Below, piece by piece: positions 51,470-61,920 of a stretch of 64,000 bases of DNA. This DNA is from Octopus vulgaris (Eukaryota). The DNA lies in the NCBI GenBank assembly GCA_951406725.2, contig OX597823.1, forward strand, positions 34,906,001 through 34,970,000. The letters run 5' to 3'. Both the position numbers and the translations under genes were made by a program. Below the pieces are notes generated by a model. That model had not been told where the DNA came from. It did no database searches and saw nothing but the letters and a program-made list of their open reading frames with translations. Positions within the stretch are counted from its first letter, which is position 1; the number at the start of each line of letters is the position of its first letter.

Positions 51470-52046
51470 TATATATTAATCAATGAAATTCCAAGTCTGA
51501 TTTTCACATTTTATGTTTTGCAATTCTTACAATTTTACAATCTACTATAATAATACTCTTTACCGTCACAACATATGAATGAGAAAGGAAGGGGTTATAA
51601 ATGAATAAGGAAGGAAGGGGTGATGGCAAACTTGGTTGTGGGATGATGAAAGTTCTACGGTGAAAAGAAAAATCAAACAGCGTTTCAACTCTGTGTGTGT
51701 GTACAAGGGAAGTGTATGAATGTTTTTATCTTTGATTATTTTGTACCTTATTTATGTATAAATTACTACAATTAGCTGTCATTTTTAATGGTATGAGGCC
51801 AACTATTATTGAAATGAACTAGTACTTTCATGCATTAAACAGTGATCAGGTTTATGTAGTGACAGTCGTGTTCCACAATTGACAACTGTCCACAGTGAAC
51901 AGTTGTCAATTGTGGAACATGGTTGTCAGTACATAGACCTGATGATTATGTAATGCATGAAAGTACTAGTTTTTTTCAATATTGTAAAATTGTAAAAAAT
52001 AAAACAAGAAAATCAGACTTCGTTAGAATTTCATCAGTTAATATAT
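51470..52046. mobile_element. Palindromic (foldback) MITE
   Basis: Inner arms ~51808-51892 and ~51895-51981 are complementary. Outer arms 51470-51541 and 51981-52046 are also complementary. The left arm has ~265 bp of extra sequence. Confidence 0.8.
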
Positions 52047-52094
52047 TCATCTGTATACAATCATACAAACTCAGATGTATCTATATGTGTGTGC

Positions 52095-52163
<69 letters not shown>

Positions 52164-52198
52164 CTTGGTCAGTCAGTGGCTGCACTTCACAACTTCAT

Positions 52199-52380
52199 TT
52201 ATTTTTATTTTATCTAGTTTCAGCTCACGAGCTGTGGCCAAGCTGGGACACCGCCATTTGGTGTTGCCACATGATTTTACTTCACAAATGCTTTTTAGCA
52301 ATTGCCATTTGGTGCATGAGAGAGTTTGATGCAGCTGCCCTCATCTGCACCTCCTGCTGTGAAGTTGGTTCATCTGGGAT
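52199..52380 (-). mobile_element. CR1/Jockey-group LINE 3' end
   Basis: IPDEPTSQQEVQMRAAASNSLMHQMAIAKKHL*, then a UTR ending gctgaaactagataaaataaaaataaa. Confidence 0.75.
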
Positions 52381-53275
52381 GGTACACTCACAGGAAATCC
52401 AATGAGGATAAGTGAAATACTAAATGAGCAATTCAAGAGTATTTTCACTCCACCCCTAGGGCATTTTCAAGTCAGCAATCCAACTGACTTCTTTACCGCT
52501 GCAGATATAAAATCAGAGGCAGCGATGATTGATTACATCAATATAAAGGAAGACGATGTAATAAAGGTTATAGATGAAATGAAAACAAACTCAACTACTG
52601 GCCCCGATGGATTATCAGCAATCCTTCTAAAAGTATGTAAGAGAGTCCTAGCAAGACCACTGCAGTTCCTCTTTCAGAGCTTCCTTGCAACTGGCAAACT
52701 TCCAAGAAAACTGAAGGAAGGTAAAATATGCCCTATTCATAAAGGAGGTAGCAGAGCGGAGGCCAAGAACTACAGACCTATCTCTCTGACCTCACACATC
52801 AGCAAGGTCATGGAATGAATAGTCAGAAGGAAACTAATCACCTTCCTTGAAGAAAATGACTTGCTGCCTGACACCCAACATGGTTTCCGACCAGGAAGAA
52901 GCTGCTTAACTCAGCTCCTACAACACTATGACTGGGTGCTGAAACGACTGCTCAACCACTCAAATGTGGAAGTCATATATCTCGACTTTGCAAAGGCCTT
53001 TGATAAAGTCGATCATGGAATGATATGTCACAAACTGCGTGATCTTGGCATAGTTGGAAAATTGGGAGAATGGCTTCATGACTTTCTGAAGGATAGAAGT
53101 CAGGTGGTAGTAGCTAATGGGGCCACCTCAAATAACACGCAAATAGTGAGCGGTGTTCCGCAAGGCACTGTTTTGGGACCACTACTGTTCATAATGGCCC
53201 TCTCAGACATGCCCTCAGCCACGCAGAGAGCCACGATCACAAGTTATGCAGATGATACAAAAGTTTCACAGGCAA
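52381..53275 (+). mobile_element. CR1/Jockey-group LINE reverse transcriptase fragment (young, single stop)
   Basis: GPDG, NYRPISLTSHISKVME*, QHGFRPGRSC, YLDFAKAFDKVDH, SGVPQGTVLGPLLF and YADDTK. Confidence 0.93.
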
Positions 53276-53760
53276 CCTCATATGTTCTTAAAATTTAAAT
53301 CTACATCTTTATCTGTATATCTACCTTCTCTATAGTGTTACTACTTGATTTGAAAGCTTTTGTATTATTGGAAAACCTATATAATTGGCTGATGAGCACT
53401 CAGCATCTTAAATCTGCTGTAATACTTACAACTTTTAATAAAATGATGTAGTGCAAAACAATTGTACCAAATTACCGGAGTCATTCTTGTTGCTTATTTT
53501 TGATTATAATCACCCCGCAAATTTTTATGGATAACACCATACAAAATTCTGGTGCATCTAAATTAAGTACCACATTCATTTGAATCTAAATTGTTGCTGA
53601 ACCTATATGTATGTATGTATATGTATATATTTATAAACACACACATAAGAGAAAGGTAGATTGCTTTTTCCATGTATTAATTATCCTTTTCATTCCATCT
53701 CTGATGTAATTGATTTGAACCATATGAGAAGTTTAATTATAAAACTTTATCCTTTTCCAG

Positions 53761-53892
53761 TTAAAACTTTACTTCATACACTCAAGCAGCAATCTCGAAA
53801 TTCACTGGAGGAAAAATGGGCCCTACATATTCAAGCACTGCGAAATTTAGGAGACTTTTATTTGGAATTGCATTGGGACTTTCATAGTTGGG
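53761..53892 (+). CDS. ANKRD13C: ANKRD13C-like exon 4 (no later exon recognised in the window)
   Basis: IKTLLHTLKQQSRNSLEEKWALHIQALRNLGDFYLELHWDFHSW carries the diagnostic LGDFYLELHWDF.SW. ccttttccag acceptor, G|GTAAGT donor. Confidence 0.95.
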
Positions 53893-53946
53893 GTAAGTGC
53901 CCAAATGTTTTTAAAATAACTGCTGTTTTTCTATTAATCTTATAAT

Positions 53947-54340
53947 AGGTGCTGTGGCTGTGTGATAAGATGCTTGCTTCCTAAGCACATGGTTTTAGGT
54001 TCAGTCCTACTGCATGGCATCTTGGGTAAGTGTCTTCTACTATAGCCTTGGGAAAACCAAAGCTTTGTGAATGAATCTGGTCAACGGAAATTGGAAGAAG
54101 CCCAGCATAAATGTATCTGTGTGTATGTGTCTTTGTGTCTCTTTTTGTCACCTTCCACCACTTGGTAACCAGTGTTGATTTGCTTAAATCTCTGTAACTT
54201 AGCAGTTCAGTAAAAATGACTGATAGAATAACTACCAGGCTTTGAAAAAATAAATACTGATGTTGATTCATTCAACTAAAAATTCTTGAAGGTGTGCCCC
54301 AGTATGGCTGCTGTCTAATGACTGAAACAGATAAAAGAAA
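53947..54340 (+). mobile_element. CORE-like SINE family B
   Basis: tRNA-like head, catcttgggtaagtgtcttctac core and the family tail. Confidence 0.8.
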
Positions 54341-54619
54341 AATTAAAGAAAGATATATGTATATATATTAATCATTCATTTTTCATTTATTTTTCCTTGC
54401 TGAGTTAGACAAATACATATTTTTAATGTATTTTTGATGTTTTACAGCTAAATGCCCTTCATGTTGCTAACTCTTATCTGTTTATTCATATAAGGGACTT
54501 TTCATGTCACTCATCATTAAAAGTGCAGAGCCAGCAGCTGATCTGTTGGCAGAGAATGTTAACAGGCATTACTGATTGTTGCTTAGCAGGTAAAGCATAG
54601 AATGTAAGCATTCACAAAG

Positions 54620-54670
<51 letters not shown>

Positions 54671-54910
54671 AAAGATGGCTGGATCCTGGTATTATCTGCT
54701 TGGTATGTAGAAAGGAGGTTGGAACTCTATACACTGTCCCCAGTGTAAGCTATGAATGTGCAATACAAACAATGGAATCATGTGCAGACTAATAAAGTAG
54801 ACTTCATATGTGACAGATGATCTTGGACAATAAACACTAAGAGCACAATGGAAATAGATTGTCTTAAATGCCTGGTTGGTTCACTAAACATAGTAAATAG
54901 TTTCTATTAA

Positions 54911-55042
54911 TTCATCATCATTTAGTGTCCGCTTTCCATGCTAGCATGGGTTGGACGGTTCAAGTGGGGACTGGGAAGCCAGAAGGCTGCACCAGGCCCA
55001 GTCTGATCTAGCAATGTTTCTACAGCTGGATGCCCTTCCTAA
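54911..55042 (-). mobile_element. RTE 3' tail nested in an older RTE remnant
   Basis: Reverse complement of the family tail. The flanks (about 54735-55215) resemble the 49495-50420 RTE coding sequence. Confidence 0.8.
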
Positions 55043-56835
55043 TTACATCACCTAATTAGGTAATGTAATTAGAATTAGTTGTTCTGAAAGTATAGCAGCT
55101 AATACCTCTGCTTGCAACAAAAGTCTTCTATGAAGAGTAGACAGTTTGATGCTTGTGTACAAACTACAATGCTATATGATAGTAAAGCATGGGCACTGAA
55201 TGAAGAGGACCTAAGGTTACTCTCTGTACTCACAGTGTATAAGGCATCTTTCCATCTACTCATGTTTTAATGCCATAGCCAAAAGCGACTTCTGTGTACC
55301 CTTTGCAATGATTGGTGAGTTAGCAGAGGTAACATAAAGTTGAGCTCTCCTTTCATCATGCTTCACCAAGGTTTTCACAATTTTCCTAGTTCCTAGTGCC
55401 ATAAAAAATATACCTAGTATATGCAAAGTGAATGGTAAACAGAGAAACTGTATGATTGTGAGGTCTCTATTTCTGTCTCACTGACGATTTATCCCGCTCT
55501 CTAGCCCCAGTATCACAAAATGCACTCAGGACACACCCTTTAAATTGGTTAGCAATAGGAAGGGCATCTGACCTTAGAAACTAAGCTAAAAGGATGCACC
55601 AATCTATGAGAGCAGTAGCTCCTTATGAGAAATGACTTGGATTATGAAGACCTGTCCAACCCATGTCAGCATGACAAGTAGGTGTAAAATGATGTCATTT
55701 ATATTTATGACAGGCTCTGTGCAGTTTCCATCTACCAAATTCATTTACAAGACTTGCCCAAGGAACCACTCAGTGTGGCTGTCTTCTAGCAAGCAAGTAA
55801 GTAAGTTAGTTATGTATATATGAAGGGCAGATGTATAGGTTCAACAACTAGAAATTCCAGGTTGATATCCAGCGTGCTGGAAGACCAATGGACTTTTGTT
55901 AAAGCATATCTCTTGGAGAAGGTCACTTTAATGTAAAACCAGATATACAGGGAAAGGTACTGGACATTTTGGGGATCTTTTGATTTTGCTGGAGATCTTG
56001 AGATCCCACCCTCCTATGTTTGCAACTCAAATTGGCACTAGACATCTTGTCTTAGCTTGTCTCTGAATCATGTTAATAGGGTTTGAAAGAGTCTATGAGG
56101 TGTCATCAAAGTCCCTTCTTAGACCTAAAATACTGCACAGACATTGCTGATATTTTATACGGGCATTGCTGCTTCTGAATGCACAATGATCTGAAAGATC
56201 GGTGATAGTCTTCCTCAGTCATGAATTGACAGCCATCATGTATGCATGTACGTACCCAAGGATCCATGCAGTGGGGACATACCCAAACCTGCATTGACCA
56301 GAAAGAAGATGCTTGACCACACACCCATGTCTGCATCTCTCTCTCTCTCTGCATCCATAAGTTTGGCTATAGCCCCACTGTGAGGTTCTTTAGGTATGTA
56401 AATGCATGCATACATATATGCATACACATACACGCGTGCACACACACACACACACTCACACACACAAACAAACAAACAAATAAACAAACAAACAAACTTA
56501 ACTTCCTTACTTGCCAGAAAACCCTGTGCCTCAGGCAAAACTCAGACTAGCAAGATACTGATTCGACTAACAGACCATTCCTTATCTCTTGCGACATTGG
56601 ATTAACCACATACTGTAATGAACTAAAGAATTGAATAAGAGGAGAAATGTGAAAAATCTGAGAAGGTAGTATACAGAAAATGCAGAATGGAAAACAAAAA
56701 ATGAAAACCAGAAAACGAAAATGAAAAAGCTAAAATGTAAAACATAAGAAAGGTAGGATGTTTCAATTCTTCAAAATATATTTATACGCTAGCAAAAATA
56801 CCTGGCATTGCTTAGGATTAAAATGGCATAGTTTT

Positions 56836-57109
56836 TTATTGTTTTACTTGTTTCAGTCATGTGACTGCAGCCATGCAGGTGCACTGCTTTTAGTCGAAGA
56901 AATCAACCCCAGGATTTATTGTTTATAAGCCTAGTACTTATTCTTTCGGTGTGTTTTGCCAAACAGCTGTTACAGGGACGTGAACACAGCAACATCGGTT
57001 GTCAAGCGATGGTAGAGGTACAAACACACACACACGGATATATACGTATATACAACAGCCTTCTTTCAGTTTCCGTGTACAAAATCTACTCACAGGGCTT
57101 TCGTGGACC
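56836..57109 (-). mobile_element. CORE-like SINE family B, 5'-truncated
   Basis: ttttacttgtttcagtcat...cttctttcagtttccgt is the reverse complement of family B. Confidence 0.78.
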
Positions 57110-57384
57110 TGAGACTTATATGTGTGTGTGTGTGTGTGAAAACGAATATTTCAATACATGTTTGAATTAATATTTTTAGTAAGTGAAATATACAAATTTA
57201 CAATGTATCCACAAATTTACAATGTTAAAAAAATGAATATAACTGCTCATCATGGTTTTACAATAACAACAGCATTCTTGTAAAGTTTATCAAATTGTTT
57301 AGTCTAATTTCTCTGGAAAAAAACATTACAAATCTTTTTTTAAAAAAAATATTCCAGGAATATAAAAGTTCATGAGGAATATAT

Positions 57385-59900
57385 TCAAACAAACTGAGAA
57401 AGTCTTTTGGGAAAGTGTACAGTTCTACCACTTCTAGTTTTCTTTTCGCTGGTAGGTGATTTTAGAATTGACTTGTGGATCTTTTCCTCAACCGTAAGTT
57501 CGCTGTTTTGTGAACTGTTCTGTTTTGAGTTATTTTGAAATGTGTTGCTCAAATCTTTATTTTCGTGACATGAAGTCTGGTCAAAATAAGCTTTTTTTTA
57601 CCATGCATATCCAAAGTCATAGTTTTATCTTTAATTGACAAAACTTTAAAAGGTCCAGTGTATTTATAATTCAGTGAATGATGACTGGCATCATTATGTA
57701 CAAATACATGAGTCCAATAATTAATATCAGAAGGAATGAAACTTTTAATATTTTGTAATTTACTTGTAAAAGAAGGAACATCAGAAAGAAATCTCTTGAG
57801 TTGGGTTACATAATATCTTCATTAAAAAAATTGGTTTCTTCAAACATTTCACCAGGTAGAATTAATGTTGTTCCATACAGAAGTTCAGCAGAATATTTCA
57901 AACTTTCTGTAACAGCACTCCTGATTCCTAACAATGTCACTGGTAAGGCTTCTAACCAACTGTTAGAATCAGAATAAGTTCTTATTGAAGATTTCAACTG
58001 CCTATGAAACCTTTCTATCATGCTGTTAGATTGTGGATGATAGGAAGTTGTACAAATTCTATGAATTCCCAACAATTTGTTGAATTCTGTGAAAAGTGTA
58101 GACTCAAATTGTCTTCCATGATCTGTCATCAATGTGTTGGGTATGTTGAATCTGGACATCCAATTGGTAAATAAAATTCTTGCTATAGTTACCTCAGATT
58201 TGTCTTTGATTGGATAAGCTTCTGGCCATCATGAAAAACGATCCATGCATGTCAACAAATAACTATTACCTTCCACAGGAGGCAATGGTCCAACTATGTG
58301 AATATGAATGTGTTGTAATCTGGCATCAGGATTTGCAAAAATACCTAATGGTGCTTTAATATGACGATTTACTTTTGCTCTTTGGCACTGTATACAAGAT
58401 TTAACCCAAGAACGACTATCCTTATTCATACCAGGCCAAACAAATCGATTCGATATTAATTTTAATGAAGCTCCAATACCAGGGTGAGATAATTTATGTA
58501 AAGTAGAAAAAACAAACTTTTCAGGCACAAATGGTCTAGAAAATCCTGTAGAAATATCACACCAAATATGTGATTTATAAGAATGAACCGGCAATAATTT
58601 AAATTTCAAAGAAGTAGAACTGGAATTTTTATATAAAGAAAATTCTTTATCAGTAGTTTGATCTTTAGACATTTCTTCTAAATTGATAGTGCTTAATGAA
58701 CTTAATGCATCAACATTCATTCGAGAAAGTGCATTAGCTGCAGAATTTTCAACACCCTTGATATACCATATATCAACAGTATACTGTGAAATATAATCAA
58801 GGTATCTAATTTCTCTGGGATAATATTTTTCAGAAGAATTTTTTAGTGCATGTGTCAATGGTTTATGGTCAGTAAATAATGTAAATGACCTACCTTCAAG
58901 AAGATATCTGAAGTATTTAATTGACAAGTAAACTGCCAGCAATTCTCTGCCAAAACACTGTATTTCATTTCTGGTGCCTTGAATTCTTTTGAAAAGAAGG
59001 ATAATGATTGCCAAGAACCACAATGAAACTGTTGTAAAACTCCACTGATTCCAACATCAGAAGCATAAACTACCAATGATAATTTTGCTTCAGGAACCAG
59101 ATGGTATAAGAGTGTTGCTTCACACAGTTTTTCTTTTATGCTTTGAAAGGCCTTTAATTCTTCATCTTTTAAAGTTATAGCTTCATTTTTCTAGCATTTG
59201 TCTTGGGACTTTTCGATCATCTATGCCATCTTGCATTATTTCTGTTATAAGAATGCTTATCTCTTCTAAGTTGAAGACTTTCAATTTTGTCTGTTAATAA
59301 TTTAAATTGTTTTTCATAAGTTTGTTTCATCAACTATAATTCTGAAGAAATGGATGGCAAGGCATTTACAGACCCTCTAGATGGTAATTCCAAAATACCA
59401 TCTGCTAGATCTGCTAATTGTTTGAGAGAGTTTTGTTCTTTCACTGCTGAAAGTAGAGTTTGAGTGCTATGAGGTAACTTGCCAAAGAAAACTTCTTTAA
59501 GATAAGATTCTTCTATCTGTTGATTTCTGAGAAGTTCTTTCATTCTACAAAGGAGCTGAGTAGGTTTTCTGTCACCTAGTTCTTTGTTATTGAACAGTTT
59601 AGCAAATTCTTTTTGCTTTGAATTGGAAGTCCTCTTTAGTATCTCTTCCTTTACGGAAGAATACGAAAATGGTTCAGTTGGATCTATTAATAAGTCTCTA
59701 ATTTCATTGCTCAGAGGTGGTGGTAAGTTACTTAACATAATGTTATATTTTTGTCTCAGTTGTTATTCTGTTTACTGCAAAACTTGCTTCTAATTGAGCA
59801 AACCAGATAATGGTATCTCCCATCCAAGCAGGGGGCAAAACTGTCATAGAAGCTTGCATATATCCTGTATTGAAATAAGAGATTTCAAACTCTTTAATAT
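57385..59900 (-). mobile_element. Ty3/Gypsy internal region (gag, RNase H, integrase; protease/RT deleted)
   Basis: gag-like EIRDLL...ELGDRKPTQLL; ASDVGISGVLQQ; RELLAVYLSIKYFR...TDHKPL; HPGI...WPGMNKD...CIQCQ; TDHGRQFES...TTSYHPQSNSMIERFHR; C-terminal TRSGR. Confidence 0.92.
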
Positions 59901-60137
59901 TTTCTTCCATTCAAATATATTAAAATTTTCAAGAAGAAAATTTTTCCCTTAGTGAAATAATGCTTTCAACAGCTATGAAGTATAAATTTAGTTTGTTAGA
60001 AAGTGCTGTTAAAACTTCTTACAACTATTATTGTTTATTTCTTCAGTATTATTTTTTCCTTCAACTTTTAATATCAAATATTTCCATTAATAAAATTTTA
60101 TGTAATGAAACTATCATCTATTTTCTATTTAAAATTT

Positions 60138-60396
60138 TCTGTGCTGGTGGCACGTAAAAAGCACCATCCGAACGTGGCCGATGCCAGCGCTGCCTTGATT
60201 GGCTTCTGTGCCAGTGGCACGTAAAAAACACCCACTACACTCACAGAGTGGTTGGCGTTAGGAAGGGCATCAAGCTGTAGAAACACTGCCAAATCAGACT
60301 GGAGCCTGGTGCAGCCTCCTGGCTTCCCAGACCCCGGTCGAACCGTCCAACCCATGCTAGCACGGAAAATGGACGCTAAACGATGATGATGATGAT
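60138..60396 (+). mobile_element. RTE 3' UTR fragment inserted in the Gypsy leader
   Basis: Family motifs and a (GAT)n tail that ends 2-3 nt from the PBS. Confidence 0.85.
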
Positions 60397-60398
60397 TT

Positions 60399-60416
60399 AT
60401 CACGTCGGGGTCGCCA
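60399..60416 (-). other. Primer-binding site complementary to the tRNA-Trp 3' end
   Basis: TGGCGACCCCGACGTGAT matches the recalled tRNA-Trp PBS TGGTGACCCCGACGTGAT at 17/18 and lies upstream of gag on the same strand. Confidence 0.85.
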
Positions 60417-60921
60417 CTTTTATAATGGTGATTGGGTACCACTTTTATAATGGTGTTTTATCTTATTTGTATAGTTTTGATTTGGAATAGATAATAAATG
60501 TATTTTATTTCTTGAGTAAGAATCTATATTGATAAACCTGTCACTTATAATTTAATTATAAGTATTATCACTATAGATAAATCTTAACTCAAGCTACATA
60601 AACGCCGTAGTGAAAACATATACGTCAAGATGCTAAAACGGACATGTTGAATGTACATTAGTTCGTGTTCTTTTTCACCGCTATAAAAACAGTTTCATGA
60701 TTGCAGAAATAAATTTCATTAACAGGTTGAAAAAAGTGAAGAAAGAGAAAATATTTACTACATTAATTTATTTATGTACATTTAATATTTATAGTACATT
60801 TAGAAGTAAAGCAATTTGTCGTAGAGAGTTACAACATGAAATTCATACTAGCTAATTCTTTCATACTAAACTACTAGAGTTTACACAACAATTCAAATAA
60901 GTCTTGTTGGATTTAAGTAAT

Positions 60922-61287
60922 AGGCACAGGAGTGGCTGTGTGGAAAGTAGCTTACTTACCAACCACATGGTACCGGGTTCAATCTCACTGCGTGGCACCT
61001 TGGGAAAGTGTCTTCTACTATAGCCTCAAGCCGACCAAAGCCTTGTGAGTAGATTTGGTAGACGGAAACTGAAAGAAGCCCATCGTATATATGTCTGTGT
61101 ATGTGTGTGTTTGTGTTTGTCCTAACACCACTTGACAACCAATGCTGGTGTGTTTACATCCCCATAACTTAGCAGAAGTACTAGGCTTACAGAGAATAAG
61201 TCCTGGGGTCAATTTGCTCAACTAAAAGGTGGTGCTCCAGCATGGCCGCAGTCAGATGACTGAAACAAGTAAAAGAATAAAAGAGTA
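60922..61287 (+). mobile_element. CORE-like SINE family B, near full length
   Basis: A box tggctgtgtgg, B box gggttcaatct, CORE-like caccttgggaaagtgtcttc, tail ggtggtgctccagcatggccgcagtcagatgactgaaacaagtaaaagaataaaagag. Confidence 0.85.
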
Positions 61288-61712
61288 TGGCATAAGAATA
61301 GCTAATATCTCAAAGGAGTGCGTGTTGTGGAGATGAGTGACAACCAACGCACACTAGGGTGAGTGTCATGGAGTCTATTGACAACCAACAAACACTGATT
61401 AATTTCCCCAAAATCAGGGTTTTTATAACTGCTCATACCTGAATTCTAAGAACTGTATTTCATGAAAGATTTCTCTTTGACAAAAGTTTAGAATTCAAAT
61501 ATGGGCAGTAATTTTAACCAATGGGAAACTAACAATTATACTTGTTCGGGAAACATGACCATTACGTCATATTACCACCGTTTACGACTTGCTTGCTACA
61601 CTAGTAAATGTATGTAGAATATAAATCCCAGGTAAATCCTCATGTTTGATAGATAAATCCAACAATCCTTATGCAAAATTTTAAGAAATTCAGAGTATTT
61701 AACAACAACCTG

Positions 61713-61920
61713 GTTGCCAGCCTTATCTGGCACCTGTGCGGGTGGCACGTAAAAAGCACCCACTACACTCACGGAGTGGTTGGCGTTAGGAAGGGCATCC
61801 AGCTGTAGAAACATTGCCAGATAAGACTGGAGCCTGGTGCAGCCTTCAGGCTTCCCAGATCCCCGGTCGAACCGTCCAACCCATGCTAGCATGGAGAACG
61901 GACGTTAAACGATGATGATG
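61713..61920 (+). mobile_element. RTE 3' UTR fragment (young)
   Basis: Near-identical to 12040-12245, with a (GAT)n tail. Confidence 0.87.

Noticed and set aside
52402-53298. Functional or domesticated reverse transcriptase gene
   Set aside because: In-frame stop at 52816-52818, truncation just after YADD, and no splice structure.
53389-53400. CTGATGA as a hammerhead core
   Set aside because: No properly placed GAAA or stems follow it.
58229-59023. 264-aa ORF as a host gene
   Set aside because: It is a Gypsy RNase H-integrase segment with a frameshift at one end and a stop at the other.
60399-60416. tRNA-Trp fragment
   Set aside because: Only the 3' 18 nt including CCA are present, which fits a retrotransposon PBS rather than a gene.
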